The notes beneath the pieces are model-generated. The model did not search any database. It worked only from the letters and a program-made list of their open reading frames with translations, and had not been told where the DNA came from. Both the position numbers and the translations under genes were made by a program. DNA of 63,379 nt, filler included, from Octopus bimaculoides (taxonomy: Eukaryota), in NCBI RefSeq assembly GCF_001194135.2. It is 4 parts of 4 records of this genome, joined end to end, with 100 filler letters (N's around TTAATTAATTAA, not from the genome) between each part and the next. Parts side by side here need not be neighbours in the genome. Positions count along the whole stretch, not along the records: positions 1 to 23,265 come from NC_069000.1; 3 more parts are not named here. One strand, given 5' to 3'. Numbering within the stretch: the first letter of the stretch is position 1; the number at the start of each line of letters is the position of its first letter. Shown piece by piece: positions 1-12,539 of this stretch.

Positions 1-24
1 TACATGTATATGTATACATATACA

Positions 25-57
<33 letters not shown>

Positions 58-189
58 GTGAAAGTATCTGTCATTACAGTATCGAAATGTGATTGTTTCA
101 GTTAGTGGAATAGTTTCATTTTTAAAGTGAAAGTATTTGACATGAGTGTTTTTGTTTCACTTTTGACACGTAATACTTAAATAGTGGAG

Positions 190-1330
190 GAGATATTATG
201 TTGCCGTGGGCTCGAACTCTGCAAGAAGTTAAAAATTTTTTTGACTAAAACACAACTGGAACCCTAAGTAAGGCATGTGTAAACTTTGAATGAAATTGGT
301 TGCGTAGTTCTCGAGTTTTAGGGATTCATACAGACAGACAGACACACATTCTAATTTTTAAATATATAGATAAACAAATCTTCAATAAAACGTGCAAAAA
401 CTGGGATAACAATAGGAAAACGCATTTAATTTTAAGAAAACTGGCAGCAGGAGAACATGAGCATAACAGCAATTATGTACTCCTGGAAAAACCTTCTGAC
501 ATAAACTTTAAAGATACAATAGACATATTGTGTAAAGTTTTTAGTGAGAAAAGCTTGTTGTTCAATACATGTTGGAAATGTTTGAACTTAGAAAAGAACA
601 ATGAGGAGGACTACATCACATGCTGGTTGAGTTAACAGGGAATGTGAAAAGTTCAAACTGGATGAATTTGCACCAGATATGTTCAAGTGCCTGATATTCA
701 CTCAGAGAAAGATGCAGAAGTAAGAACAAGAAGTCTCGCTAAGCTGGAACAGAACCAAGCATAAGAAGTGAAAGAATAGCAAATTTAAGGCATGACACAG
801 AGAAAATTCAACATAAAGATTGCTTCCAAGTGAAAGAAGTGTGAAATAGGGAGAATAGAAATCAAGTGTGTACTAAAATACAGTACAAACAGGGCAAGAA
901 TCAGGAAACAAACCCATGTTTTGGATGTGGAGGTCTACACCTGAGAAAAAACTGCCCAATTAAGAAAGCGGAAGGTCTTCTTGTGGAAAAATTGGACACA
1001 TAAAAATACATTGTAAAAACCAAGATGAAAAAACATTGGAACAAAAGAAAAACAAACAGTATTTCATCGAAAGAGAATAGTAATGTAACAAAGAGAAAAT
1101 TCGTAATTGTAAAAATTAAAAATATAAAAGTAAAAATGCAGTAAGAGACTGGAAGTGAAATTACCATTGTGAATGAAAAAATTTGGAAGTATATCGGCAA
1201 GCTGAAATTACGTAAATCTACAAAAGTAGTACATGGTGTTACGGGTAAAAGATTGTATTTGTGAAAAATAGATATTAATTTTCAGTATGTTACACACCTG
1301 TATTCACTTTTGTCTCACCTGTTAATGAGC
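190..1330 (+). mobile_element. Degenerate Ty3/gypsy-like LTR retrotransposon gag-protease fragment
   Basis: ORF 300-635 (LRKLAAGEHE..NYVL..KPSDINFKDTIDILCKVFSEKSLLFNTCWKCLNL) resembles K02A2.6-type gag. A zinc-knuckle remnant CFGCGGLHLRKNCP lies at ~916-960 and a protease-like KMQ*ETGSEITIVN at ~1135-1175. Stops and frameshifts throughout. Confidence 0.75.
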
Positions 1331-1595
1331 CTTTTTTATTAGATGCATTCTGTTATGTAAATGTATTCATTAAAGAGCACATAGCCAACGGTATGTTGAC
1401 TAGTAAAAGAGTTTTGTACTTTATTTTCAATGAAAATGTTTGAATGAAATATGGAGAAAGAATAAAATCTTGTACCAATTATAACTGATTTTAATTAATT
1501 CAAATTAATGTATCTCATCTTGAAAAGTGACAAAATTGTTGGCAGTTGACATCTGGGATAATTTTAGTAACAAATCAGATAAAATGCATTAAGAA

Positions 1596-2978
1596 TTTCA
1601 TGGCCCTGCTTGATCTGTAGAAAAGGTGTAGGTAGAAACTCTATAAGATGTACCCAGTGCAAGCTATGGATGCATGGGAGGTGCAGCAATATCAAAGGCA
1701 GGTTAACTAGGAAGTTAGTTTTTGTATGTGGCAGATGTTCAGGTGCAATAAACACTGAAAATGTGCAGAAAACAACTTCTGCCACATTCCAGGGAGAAAA
1801 AACTAGACGTAGTTGATAGCTTCTGCTATCTGGGTGACCAAGTTAGTATTGGGGGAGTGTGCGCTGAAAGTGTAGCTGCTAGAATAAGAATAACCTGGGC
1901 AAAGTTCAGAGAGCTCTTACCTCTGCTGGCGACAAAGGGCCTCTCGCTCAGAGTAAAAGGCAGACTGTATGACACATGTGTACGAACAGCCATGCTACAT
2001 GGCAGTGAAACATGGGCCGTGACTGCTGAGGACATGCGTAAGCTCACAAGGAATGAAGCCAGTATGCTCTGATGGATGAGTAATATCAGTGTGCATGCCC
2101 GACAGAGTGTATCTTGAGAGAAAAGTTGAACCTAAGAAGCATCAGTTGTGGTGTGCAAGAGAGACGATTGCACTGGCATGGACATGTGGCAAGAATGAAT
2201 GAAGATAGCTGTGTGAAAAAATGCCACACCCTAGCGGTTGAGGGAACCCATGGAAGAGGCAGGCCCAGGAAGACCTGGGATGAGGTGGTGAAGCACAACC
2301 TCCAAACATTAGGCCTCACCGAGGCAATGACTTGTAACCGAGACCTTTGGAAATATGCTGTGCGTGAGAAGACCAGGCAAGCCAAGTGAGACCAAAATCC
2401 AAGGCCTCTTCCAGGGATGTAGCTCGCCCACTTACGCGTAACATTCCTTCATTGGACACTAAACTCCGCTTGCGAAGACCTGTTGAGGCAGGTGAAAGCG
2501 AAATCGTGATGGCACCTGTACCAGTGGAGCACTAAGAGCACCGTCCGAGCGTGATCGTTGCCAGAGCAGCTGTCTGGTTTCCGTGCCGGGGGCACGTAAA
2601 TAGCACTATTTGAACGTGATCGTTACCAACATTGCCTTCCTGGCATTTATGCCAGTGGCATGTGAAAAGACATTCGAGCGAGATTGTTGCCAGTGCTGCT
2701 GGACTGGCTCCTGTGCAGGTGGCACATAAAAAACACCATTTGAGCATGGCCGTTGCCAGTACCGCCTGACTGGCTTTTGTGCCGGTGGCACATAAAAGCA
2801 CCCACTACACTCTCAGAGTGGTTGGCGTTAGGAAGGGCATCCAGCTGTAGAAATTCTGCCAAATCAGATTGGAGCCGGGTGTAGCCATCTGGTTCACCAG
2901 TCCTCAGTCAAATCGTCCAACCTATGCTAGCATGGAAAGCGGACGTTAAACGATGATGATGATGATGATGATGATGAT
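1596..2978 (+). mobile_element. 5'-truncated RTE-clade LINE: PHD-finger region, ORF2 C-terminus, 3' UTR and (GAT)n tail
   Basis: ORF pieces CRKGVGRNSIRCTQCKLWMHGRC, VVDSFCYLGD..KFRELLPLL..LRVKGRLYDTCVRTAMLHGSETW and RRLHWHGHVARM..GRGRPRKTW. The tail is GAT repeats at ~2952-2978. Confidence 0.9.
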
Positions 2979-2984
2979 CCATAA

Positions 2985-3310
2985 TATTATTGCTTTTAAT
3001 CCTGTTAATTCAATTTACCTACCCACAAAAGTCCAATTTAATCAGAAACATCAGCTAAAATTATGTAACTATAAACCACTGGTATATAAGCACCCACTGA
3101 CAAAATTTCAAATCAGTGTGTAAAAAATTAACTAAGTTACAAGCAAATATTGCAGACACCTCTCTTGAACCTGAATTATTCAAAATTATGTGAACAAATA
3201 AGCATTACATTTGACAGATTAATCTGAACACTAAAATTCTATTCAGATAATTTCTCATTTGTACAACACAAATTTGAACACTGCTCTCTGGTTTTGCAAA
3301 ATAATTGTTT
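2985..3310. repeat. Decayed non-autonomous DNA-transposon (MITE-like) remnant
   Basis: AT-rich interspersed-repeat-like text ending gcattacatttgacagattaatctgaacactaaa. It resembles decayed MITE ends; no intact termini are visible. Confidence 0.35.
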
Positions 3311-3635
3311 GTGGTCATGTGATTATTTAAAACATAGGCAGTATGATTTTGTTGCACTTTTTATTGTGTGGGCGAACTATAGATACTACTACTGAACACG
3401 TGACGAGTTTAGTCTTGTGCTGGGAGCTGAGTGACAGCAGGCAGTGTACGACAATGTGTGAGGTGGTTGGTTCGGAGTCTACTGGAAGTTGATGCGAGTG
3501 GTTTATGTAGATAGTTGGTTTGAGGTCAATGTGAAGCGGTTGAGGTTGAGCAGTTTGTGTTGAACAGTTGGCACAGTATTTGGTGTCAGAAGAGGGACAT
3601 GTATGGTGATGGTGAACATTAGTGGTTAATGTGAT

Positions 3636-3805
3636 CAGTGGCATCTTTGCTGCTAGGAGAACAGTTATAAGTCAGTTTGATGTGACAGTGAATGAGAGTC
3701 AGTTATTGTGAACAGTGGCATCTTTGCTGCAAGGAGAATGGGCGTAAGTCAGTTTGATGTGATGGTGAATGTAAGTTAGTCAATGTGAACAGTGGTGTCT
3801 TTGTA
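3636..3805. repeat. 77-bp tandem repeat, ~2.3 copies
   Basis: cagtgg(c/t) anchors at 3636, 3713 and 3790 (77-bp spacing) with conserved gtcagtttgatgtga. Confidence 0.8.
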
Positions 3806-5754
3806 AGGTAGAAGGTTTTGAAATTGCTTTGGAAATACTGTAAAAACCCATGTAATTTATGCATTCTTTTTTGCAAAAATAAAAAAAACTTTAGGAGTGC
3901 ATAAATTACATGAGTAGATTATTTCCAGAATTTTTTAAAGAATTTTTTGTGTTGATAAAAGACATACAAAACATAAACATTTGTACCAGAAGTTCACTCA
4001 TTAAATGTCAGAATAGGTTTTTACAGAAAAATAAGAGCTTAAATATAATGAAATTGACTTTTATTTATGCTGGACAGTATAATGCTTACTTTTTCTGCAG
4101 GAATTTACTAAAATCATTTGTGCTTATTGGTAATTAAACTTAATTTGTAACACCTGTGCACATTTATCAGCTTTGTTTTTGTTGATAATTCTTAACAACT
4201 TTTCCGGTGATCCTGATTTGAGAAGACATACAGCAGTATGCTAAAGATCGGACATAATCTTGTGGGCAAGAAATGTAAAATAAAGTTTATTATAAACAAC
4301 ACAAACATTTTGTAATTTAATAGCTTTCAATGTGATACCTGTTAAACAAGAATTATTTTTATTTAATGAAAATTTAATAAAATTTCATCATAAGTGAAAT
4401 TATGCTAAATATAACTAAATTGGAAACATTTTCCCCCTGGCCATATTGATAATTTTGAAAATGTTTGGGTGCAAATTTTATCGTGAAAATCACCTGTGTA
4501 AATTACACTGGTGCGCAAATTACATGGATTTTTACAGTAGTCAGAGTGAACTTGCCAATGTAAAGAATGTAGAATGGTTACTTGACTAATGTAAATTCGG
4601 AAGTAACAACAGAGTCTAGTCAACAAAAAGAAAAGATAACATAATGAATCATTGCACTGGTGAATAAAAAGAAAAGCTCACAAAAACAAGTCTAAACATT
4701 TCAGAGGTAAATGAAAGAACTCTAAAAAAACTCTCTTAAGAACTGTCTGTTTATTCCATAAATGCTTATTGACCTCTTAAAGTTGTTTTATCTTGTTTAT
4801 ACTCAATGGTTTTGTTTGTTATTGTCAACTCTTCTGACTTCTGTAACTACCACTTCTGCTCTAAGCAAGTTTGCTTGCTGAGCTCGCCTGAAGTCTCCTA
4901 AGCTACAGATATAGACTGTTGGAGCTTATTGGTTGTATTGGGAGGCTGTGTGGGGTGTAACAATATAAATATATTTCCTATTCTTTCATAATGAGTTTGC
5001 GTGTTTTCATTTTTGTGCTTTTTTTCTTTGTGCGTTAAATAATTATACAAACTTTATGAATTACATGTATTACAGTAGATCTAATATTATGTTTATAATT
5101 ATTCATACAATTATAACTATAAATTTTTAACTATTACTGAGTTACATATACAAGGAGGCTTTTTTAAATTTTAAGTAGCCAAAAAATTGTTAAGTAAAAC
5201 TTAAGATTGACTTCAACTTGAAATATCTCAGCTGTTTGAAAAGCATACTATACTTTCTTTGTATTCAAATGAAAGATCTCCACCAGATGTATCTTTCCTT
5301 GCTAACTCCATAAAAATATATTAAAGAGAAAAAGAGTTATGCAGCTTTCAATAATTGCCAGTTGTAAATATATGTCTTGTAATTACAAAGATACTTCAAT
5401 AACAACTTGTCAAAACAAGGCAAACAGAAAATCCAGTCTACAATTGTTTTGCTTTAGTCGACCTTCTCTCCTAAGTCACTTGATTCCTCATTGTTCATAG
5501 TTAGTCCTTTATATATTTTTTATTATTACTCTCTAGAAAATATTATTTCTGATAAATATTAATTAGAAAATTAATTCTAAATAGGCAGATGTCATAATAT
5601 TCAATGTAAAGAAAGTGTTATTCAATTTTGAATTTCTAAGAAAAATGAATAGACATCAATTATTGATCAATAAGAAATGAAATAATATGAAAAAATAAGT
5701 TAAATTTATTATCAGAATAAAAATGATTAATTTTTCTGCATTGCTGGGGAAAAA

Positions 5755-6710
5755 AGTGCACTAGAATGAAAAATGCAAGCAAGGGATAGCAATATTCTTA
5801 AGTATTTAATAAACTGGAAAAATACAGGGCAAACAGTAAGCCTAAAATAAAAGAAGAGAGCTTAAAATATTTCAGCTAAAATAAAATTTGAATGGGTTGT
5901 CAATTAAGTAAAATATTCTAATAAGCCAAGCCATTCAATGCTGATCAACCATCTTTCAGCCAAATTATTTCACTGTTGCTAAGCTTGACTGTAAATAAAT
6001 TTTAAATTGTTTTAATGTATGAAAATAAAGTGATAACTGCCATCATATTTTGTAACATTAGGTAGTTAAAATTTTTTTATTTACTAATTTTGAAAGTAGG
6101 TAAATAAGTTAAATGCTTGACTACAGTAAAATTTAAGCCTATTTAAGTAATCAGATGTTTTCTTTATTCTATTTTTGGCAAAATTATTTTACTTTACTTT
6201 AAAAATTTTAATTTTCAGTTAGTTAACTGTTTCTTAGTTCGTTTTACTGTTAGGTAAATCTAATTTTGCCTCAAATAAATGCAGATATCACAGAGTTAAT
6301 CATAATGAAAGAAAATAAAGATAGTCTTTGTAGCATTGTATTAAAAATAAATAAACAAAAATGAATCTCTATTTCAAAAATCTTAAAACAACTTTTATTT
6401 GATTCATGGGGATTTATGATAAAGCATCAGATTATTTTTATTGAATTTTATATTTAACTGCAGTATTTTAAGCTCTTTCCTTTTATTTTAGGCTTACTTC
6501 TTGGTTGAAAGATGGTTGTTCAATATTGAATGGCTTGGCTTATTTGAATATTTTATTTAATTAGCAACCCCTTCAAATTTTATTTTAGCTGGAATATTTA
6601 GCTCTTTTCTTTTATTTTAAGGCTTACTTCTTGCCCTGTATTTTTCCAGGTTTATTAAATACTTTAAAATATTGTTATCCCTTGCTCACATTTTTCATTC
6701 TAGTACACTG
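5755..6710. mobile_element. Non-autonomous Tc1-like IR-DR / foldback element with ~209-bp inverted arms
   Basis: 5755-5963 is the reverse complement of 6501-6709 (roughly 80% by eye). The right end reads CACTG|TA. An internal direct repeat gctctt..ttttatttta(a)ggcttacttctt occurs at ~6471 and ~6600. Confidence 0.75.
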
Positions 6711-6714
6711 TATT

Positions 6715-7042
6715 GGTGAGAAAGGATCTACAGACGTTGGGACTCACAGAAAGGATGAGAAGGGACCAAGACTCCTGGCAGTTCCCTGTGCTTGAAAAGT
6801 AAATGCTCGGTTGCTCTTGCATACAGGTAAGTGCTGGTGCCATGTAAAATGCACCCATGCCAGTGCTGCGTAAAAGCACCCAGAACACTCTGTAAAGTGG
6901 TTGGTATTAGGAAGGGCATCCAGCTGTAGAAATCTTGTGAAAACAGGCAGGGAGCTGAATGGCCCTTCAGCTGGTCAGCTCCTGTCAAACCGTCTAACCC
7001 ATGTCAGCGTGGAAAACAGATGCTAACTGATGATGATGACTT
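6715..7042 (+). mobile_element. RTE 3'-tail-derived short interspersed repeat
   Basis: It shares aagggcatccagctgtagaaa...tccaacc(c)atg...(TGA)n with the tail at 2780-2978. Confidence 0.75.
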
Positions 7043-8612
7043 GAGTACCCCAGTGGTCAATAATGGCAAGTCTTTTACTAAAAACTTTGTGATAATTATA
7101 ATATTTTGGCTTGTATGTATGAGTATTTAATTCTTTCAATTTCAGCCATTGAAGAAAAATGTACATGAAAGTTTCTAATGAGAGTATGAGGATCTCAATA
7201 AAAATGACAAAATAACAGGAAAATAGGAAAATTATATTTATCACTCCCCAGACCCACTCATTATTCTACATTATGTTATTTTCTACAATAAATTCTCAAC
7301 CTAATTTCCCAAATGTTAGACATGTATTCAAAACAACCAAATATATATGCAAATTTACACATGGGTACATGATATTACAAACAGGCTGCATACACTTTCT
7401 AAAGGTTTTCAAGGGACAAGTTTAGTTAATGCAAGAGTTGTGCATTTACAACATATGTCACATTCCATGGAAAAATTAGAAATGTACATAATAAACATTA
7501 TTATTCATATTCACTGCAATAGTTCCTGAAGAACAATATTTCTTGTATATAGACATCAACACACCAAGGAGGCACCAACACACCTTGGCTTTCTGAATTT
7601 TCCATCTGTAACTTCAAATTATTTTTATACTTTGTTCTGCTCAAATCAAGAATACATGTGTGTATTGAAATAAATAGGCTAAAGTTAAATACATGACACC
7701 TTTCAGTAAGTTGAATGGCAAAGGTAATAGTGTAATATGGAGTAGAATGATATTGGAGTAAGTCTATATACAAATATATGTAGTGCATTAAATATATAAT
7801 GAGACATAGCATATAATACATTTTGATATACAAACATACACACAAACATTCTCCACAAACTTGCCTGGTAAACCGACATTAAATTCAGTATCATTAATTT
7901 AATTTTTTTTCTTCTGCTTTTCTTAATTTGATAGAGAGTATCATCCGAAATGTTAGATTCTCTTGTTTTTCTCCACACTGGCATATTTATCTTTATCATA
8001 CACTTCTTTGTTGTTTTTACATTTTATAATTCTTAGTTTTTTCAGTTGTGTTGTGTCTTGGCTCAACTGACACTATGTACTATTTGCTTGTCTCCTCTTT
8101 ACTTCATAACATTCCTTGAGCTGTCTATTTGTTTGCATGCATGCACGTATGTATGTTATGTATGATATGTAAGTATGTATGTATAAGCATGTACATATAC
8201 ATATATGAATACACACAAATGTGCATTCACAGATATACATACACACATGTATATATATATATATCAGGTATTTTCAAAACAAGGAAGGGGTACAGAATTA
8301 TGAAGAAAACTATGAAAAGGTCTGTTTGTAGTAGGTTGTGTCTGGGTGTTTGCTTTAACCTGCTTGATACTGATCTGTCCAAGATTGTTCCTGCTTCTGT
8401 GATACAAACTTCCTATTTAATGTGATGGAAATTAAAATGTTCCATCAAAACTTCATGTTATGTTGCAAACACAAGCTTAATGAAGACAAAATTATTTTAC
8501 TAAATTCTTCATATTTTCAAATTTAACTGAAATATAGGCAGTGTATTTCAACATAAATATGCGGGCAAAAGTGTTAAAACTGAATATTGACAGTGATAAG
8601 AAAAAAACTCAC

Positions 8613-8750
8613 CGGCTTAGAAATGATTGTTTAAAATCTCCATATTGACTGCTGCTTTTGTGCTGAGGGAAGTCTTCTGTGGAACACATTAATGCACAGT
8701 CTGTGCCCTCATAACGCATATGTAGAAATGGTTGGGTAGAAATTTGTTCC
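8613..8750 (-). CDS. OPLAH: 5-oxoprolinase internal exon (5th in window): EQISTQPFLHMRYEGTDCALMCSTEDFPQHKSSSQYGDFKQSFLSR
   Basis: Matches the OPLAH motif FLHLRYxGTDCALM. Acceptor ttaccag, donor gtgagt. 138 bp; phase continues from the preceding exon (GA|G = Glu). Confidence 0.95.
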
Positions 8751-8950
8751 CTGGTAAGAAATAACTCATTATTTGCTCACTACATACATGTGTAATATGT
8801 TAAACATTAAGTACAACATTTGTGCATTAAACATATAGATATTCATTTATCACACAAATGTTATATTTAGGTATTAAAAACTGAATAATTGCAAGAAGTT
8901 AGGCATTGTATAGTACAGAAATGTGGAAGAATTATATATTCTTAATTTTT

Positions 8951-9100
8951 TGCATGCTTATGTGGTTAAGAACTTTGTTTTGTGACTGTGGTTCTGGGTT
9001 CAATCCCACAGCACAATACCTTGGGCAAGTGTTTTTTGCCATAGCTTCAGGTTGACCAATGCTGTGTGTGTGAAATTTGGTAGATAGAAACTGTGCACAA
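8951..9100 (+). mobile_element. tRNA-derived SINE, 5' part
   Basis: A-box-like gtggttaag, B-box-like gggttcaatccc and ccttgggcaagtg; the same family occurs at 27040, 38535 and 40460. Confidence 0.7.
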
Positions 9101-10169
9101 GTCCACAGTGTCTTTCTCTTTCTCTCTCATACAGCATTCCCACTTATCCCCCTATCACACACACACACACACACACACACACATGAGAAAGGTGACTTTG
9201 AAGTTTCACTGTTCATTGGTTTCATTAGATTCTAAAGGCTGTAAAGTTTCTGGACACTTTATGAATCTAATGAACAATAAAATGTTGAAGACACTGTCAA
9301 ACTTTTCCTTCATTTGTTCACTTATTTTATGTCTATTTTAGACAAATATTGAATTAAAGTATTCATTTACAACTGGATGCTTTTTCCTGTTGCTAATCTT
9401 TATCTACATAACTATGCATGAAAATAAGCATATATATATATATTTGTAGTGTAGAATAAGATATGGATTCATGGATTGTGTGGCTATCACAAAAAGCTTC
9501 TGTAATGGACTTGACTATCAGACCACATAGTAATCCAATACAGAAAAGCGTTAAGCAGAGTGCCCATGCAGCTGAAATCCAGAAGATCCAATCAATGAAA
9601 TTACTTTATGGGGAGTATATAAACCTTAAAATGTCCGGAGGTATGAGAGATAAATATATTTATTTAACCACTGACATCTTTAGGATTACAGTCATTTCAC
9701 AGCCTTCTTCTGTAGTAATATTTTCAGTGTGGAATAAAATCATGTTTACTGTTTGCATTACCATTAATATGTATGTTATGGTTTATATATATATATATAA
9801 GTGGCAATATACAGGACACAGTAGTATATATATATATATANNNNNNNNNNNNNNNNNNNNNNNNNNNNNNNNNNNNNNNNNNNNNNNNNNNNNNNNNNNN
9901 NNNNNNNNATATATATGTATATATACATTTACGAATTTGTTTTGCAAGATTCCTGATGTGAAATCATGCGTTGAAACAGATATTGTTATATTTAGGGATG
10001 ATCATTTTTTTTTCTTGCCAAATAAACACACGCACCATATATTTGTTCTTCACTTGTTTATTACTGTTCTTATTTTATGTCCATTGTCTGGAAATCTTCT
10101 GTCACATGAGTATGACAAAAGATTTCCAGGCATGAAACAAGAGAGGACCAAAGAATTAAAGCATTCCAG

Positions 10170-12530
10170 ATTGTAAGAGAGTGTGTGAGAAAAAATTGTG
10201 ATCTCAGAGAAGAGAAATGTGTCTGCATGGATGATAGCATTTAGTGATTCTGCAAAGAAAGAGGCTTGGAAATGCCATTATAGAAGACTGCTGGATGTAG
10301 AGAACGTATGGGAGGAGGAGAGCCTGACAAATGTTGACCCAATTGAGGGACCAGATACTCAAATCAACAAGTACCTTGGTAGATAAAACAATTAAGGATG
10401 TGAAGACAAGGAAAGCCCCCAGCCCTTCAGGAATTACTGCTGAGATGCTTAAAATATTTGGCAATGTAGGTTATGGTCAAGTCACCTGTATTATAAATCA
10501 GGTGATTCACAAAGGAGTCATACCTAATGACTGGTTTAGCAGCACCATAGTCACTGCTACAAAGGTAAAGGTGATGCCTTGGATAGAAATAATTACAGAG
10601 GTATCAAATTGTTAGATCAGGTGATGAAAGTTATGGAGAAAGTCATAGCCCAAATAATTAGGGGGAGGATTAGTCTAGATGAGATGCAGATTGGTTTTGT
10701 GCCAGGTAGAAGCACCACTGATGCTATATTTCTGGTAAGGCAGCTGCAGGAGAAATACATAGCCAAAGATAAGCCTCTGTACTTAGCTTTTGTTGACTTG
10801 GAGAAAGCTTTTGACAGGGTCCTCCAATCCCTTATCTGGTGGTCAATGCAGAAACTAGGGATAGACGAGTGGTTGGTGAGAGCTGTACAAGCGATGGACA
10901 GAGACGCTGCCAGTAAGGTGAGGATTGGCAACGAGTACAGCTAAGAATTCAAGATACAAGTAGGGGTTCACCAAGGATCAGACCTAAACCCCCTCTTGTT
11001 CATCATAATCCTCCAGGTAATAACAGAAGAATTTAAAACAGGCTACCCCTGGGAGCTCCTCTACACTAATGACCTTGTTCATATAGCTGAATCACAACCA
11101 GAACTAGAGAAGTTCCAGGTATGGAAGCAAGGTCTAGAATCAAAGGGCCTTAGAGTTAACCTAGCAAAAACCAAAGTCTTAGTAAGTAGAAAGGCAGACA
11201 AATCACAAGTACCTTCAGGTAGATGGCCCTGCTCAATCTGTAGAAAAGATGTAGGCATCTTACAGAGTTAGATACACCTGCTATAAGCTTTGGATACATA
11301 AAAGGTGCAGCAATATCAGAGGAAGGTTAACAGGGAGACTAGCTTTCGTGTGTGGTAGATACAATAAACACCAAAAATGTACAGAAAATAGACTCCATTA
11401 ACTGCCGTGGGGGTAAGCTAGAGGTAGTAGATAGCTTCCATTACCTAGGTGATCAAGTTAGTAGCAGAAGTGGAGATCCTGCCTCTGCTGGCAACAAAGG
11501 GCCCCTCTCTCAGAGTGAAAGGCAGATTGCATGATGCCTGTGTGCAAACAGCTATGCTACATAGCAGTGAACCATGGGCTGTGACAGTTGAAGACATGTG
11601 TAGGCTTGAAAGAAATGAAGCTAGTATGCTTTGCTGGATGTGCAGTGTCAGTGTGCATGTTGGATAGAGTGTAAGCATCTTGAGAGAAAAGTTATGCATA
11701 AGGGGCATCATATGGGGGGTACAAGAGAGACGAATGCATTGGTATGGTCATGTGATGCATATGGACAAGGACACTGTATAAAGAAGTGCTGTAGTAGAGA
11801 TAGACCCAGGAAAACATGGAATGAGGTGGTGAAGCATGATCTCCAAACTTTGGGCATCACAGAAGTAATGATTACTGACTAAGACCTTTGGTGATATGCT
11901 GTGCTTGAGAAGACCCTTCAGGTCAAGTGAAATCACGGTGGTAGCTGATACTGGTGTCATGTAAGCAGCACCTGTGCAGGTGGAACCTTTGGAGCACTGA
12001 GCCTCATGAGGGCAAAGTGGTTGAGCTCCTTTCAGATGTTGGGCCTCACAGAGACAATGATGGAGACCATTGGCATTATGTTGTGCATGAGAAGAAGACC
12101 CATCAAGACAAGTAAAATTGCAGTTGTGGCAGACACTGGTGTCATGTAAATAGCATCCATGTTGGTGGCACGTAAAAGCACCTTTTGAGCGTTGGGCCAC
12201 ATGGAGGCAAGGACAGAGACCATTTGACATTATGCCAGGCTTCTAGCATTGGGCCTCACGGAGGAATGACCAAGTCCATTTGGCATAATGCTGTGCTTGA
12301 GAAGAAGACCTGTCAAGCCAAGTAAAACTGCAGTCATGACAGATACCGGTGTCATGCAAAAGCACCCATTACACTCTTGGAGTGGTAGGCATTAGGAAGG
12401 GCATCCAGTGGTAGAAACCATGCCAAAACAGACTGGAGTCTGGTGCAGCCTTCCAGCTTGCCAGCCCTGGTCAAAGTATCCAACTCATGCCAGCATGGAC
12501 AAAGGATGTTAAATGATGATGATGATGATG
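10170..12530 (+). mobile_element. Degenerate RTE-clade LINE: RT, PHD finger, C-terminus, repetitive 3' UTR and (GAT)n tail
   Basis: RT motifs NYRGIKLLDQVMK, QIGFVPGRSTTDAIFLVRQLQEKY, AFVDLEKAFDRV, PLLFIIIL and LLYTNDLV (YADD equivalent). Multiple frameshifts; tail at ~12513-12530. Confidence 0.92.
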
Positions 12531-12539
12531 AAGAATGTG

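Noticed and set aside
7501-7999. Minus-strand ORFs as the next OPLAH exon
   Set aside because: The expected RY.REFGF..P.R motif is absent, and I found it nowhere in 1-8612; the next exon lies outside the window.
8424-8446. GATGGAA/TTCCATC hairpin as hammerhead stem II
   Set aside because: Both core motifs (CTGANGA and GAAA) are absent, and the surrounding text looks like a decayed MITE end.
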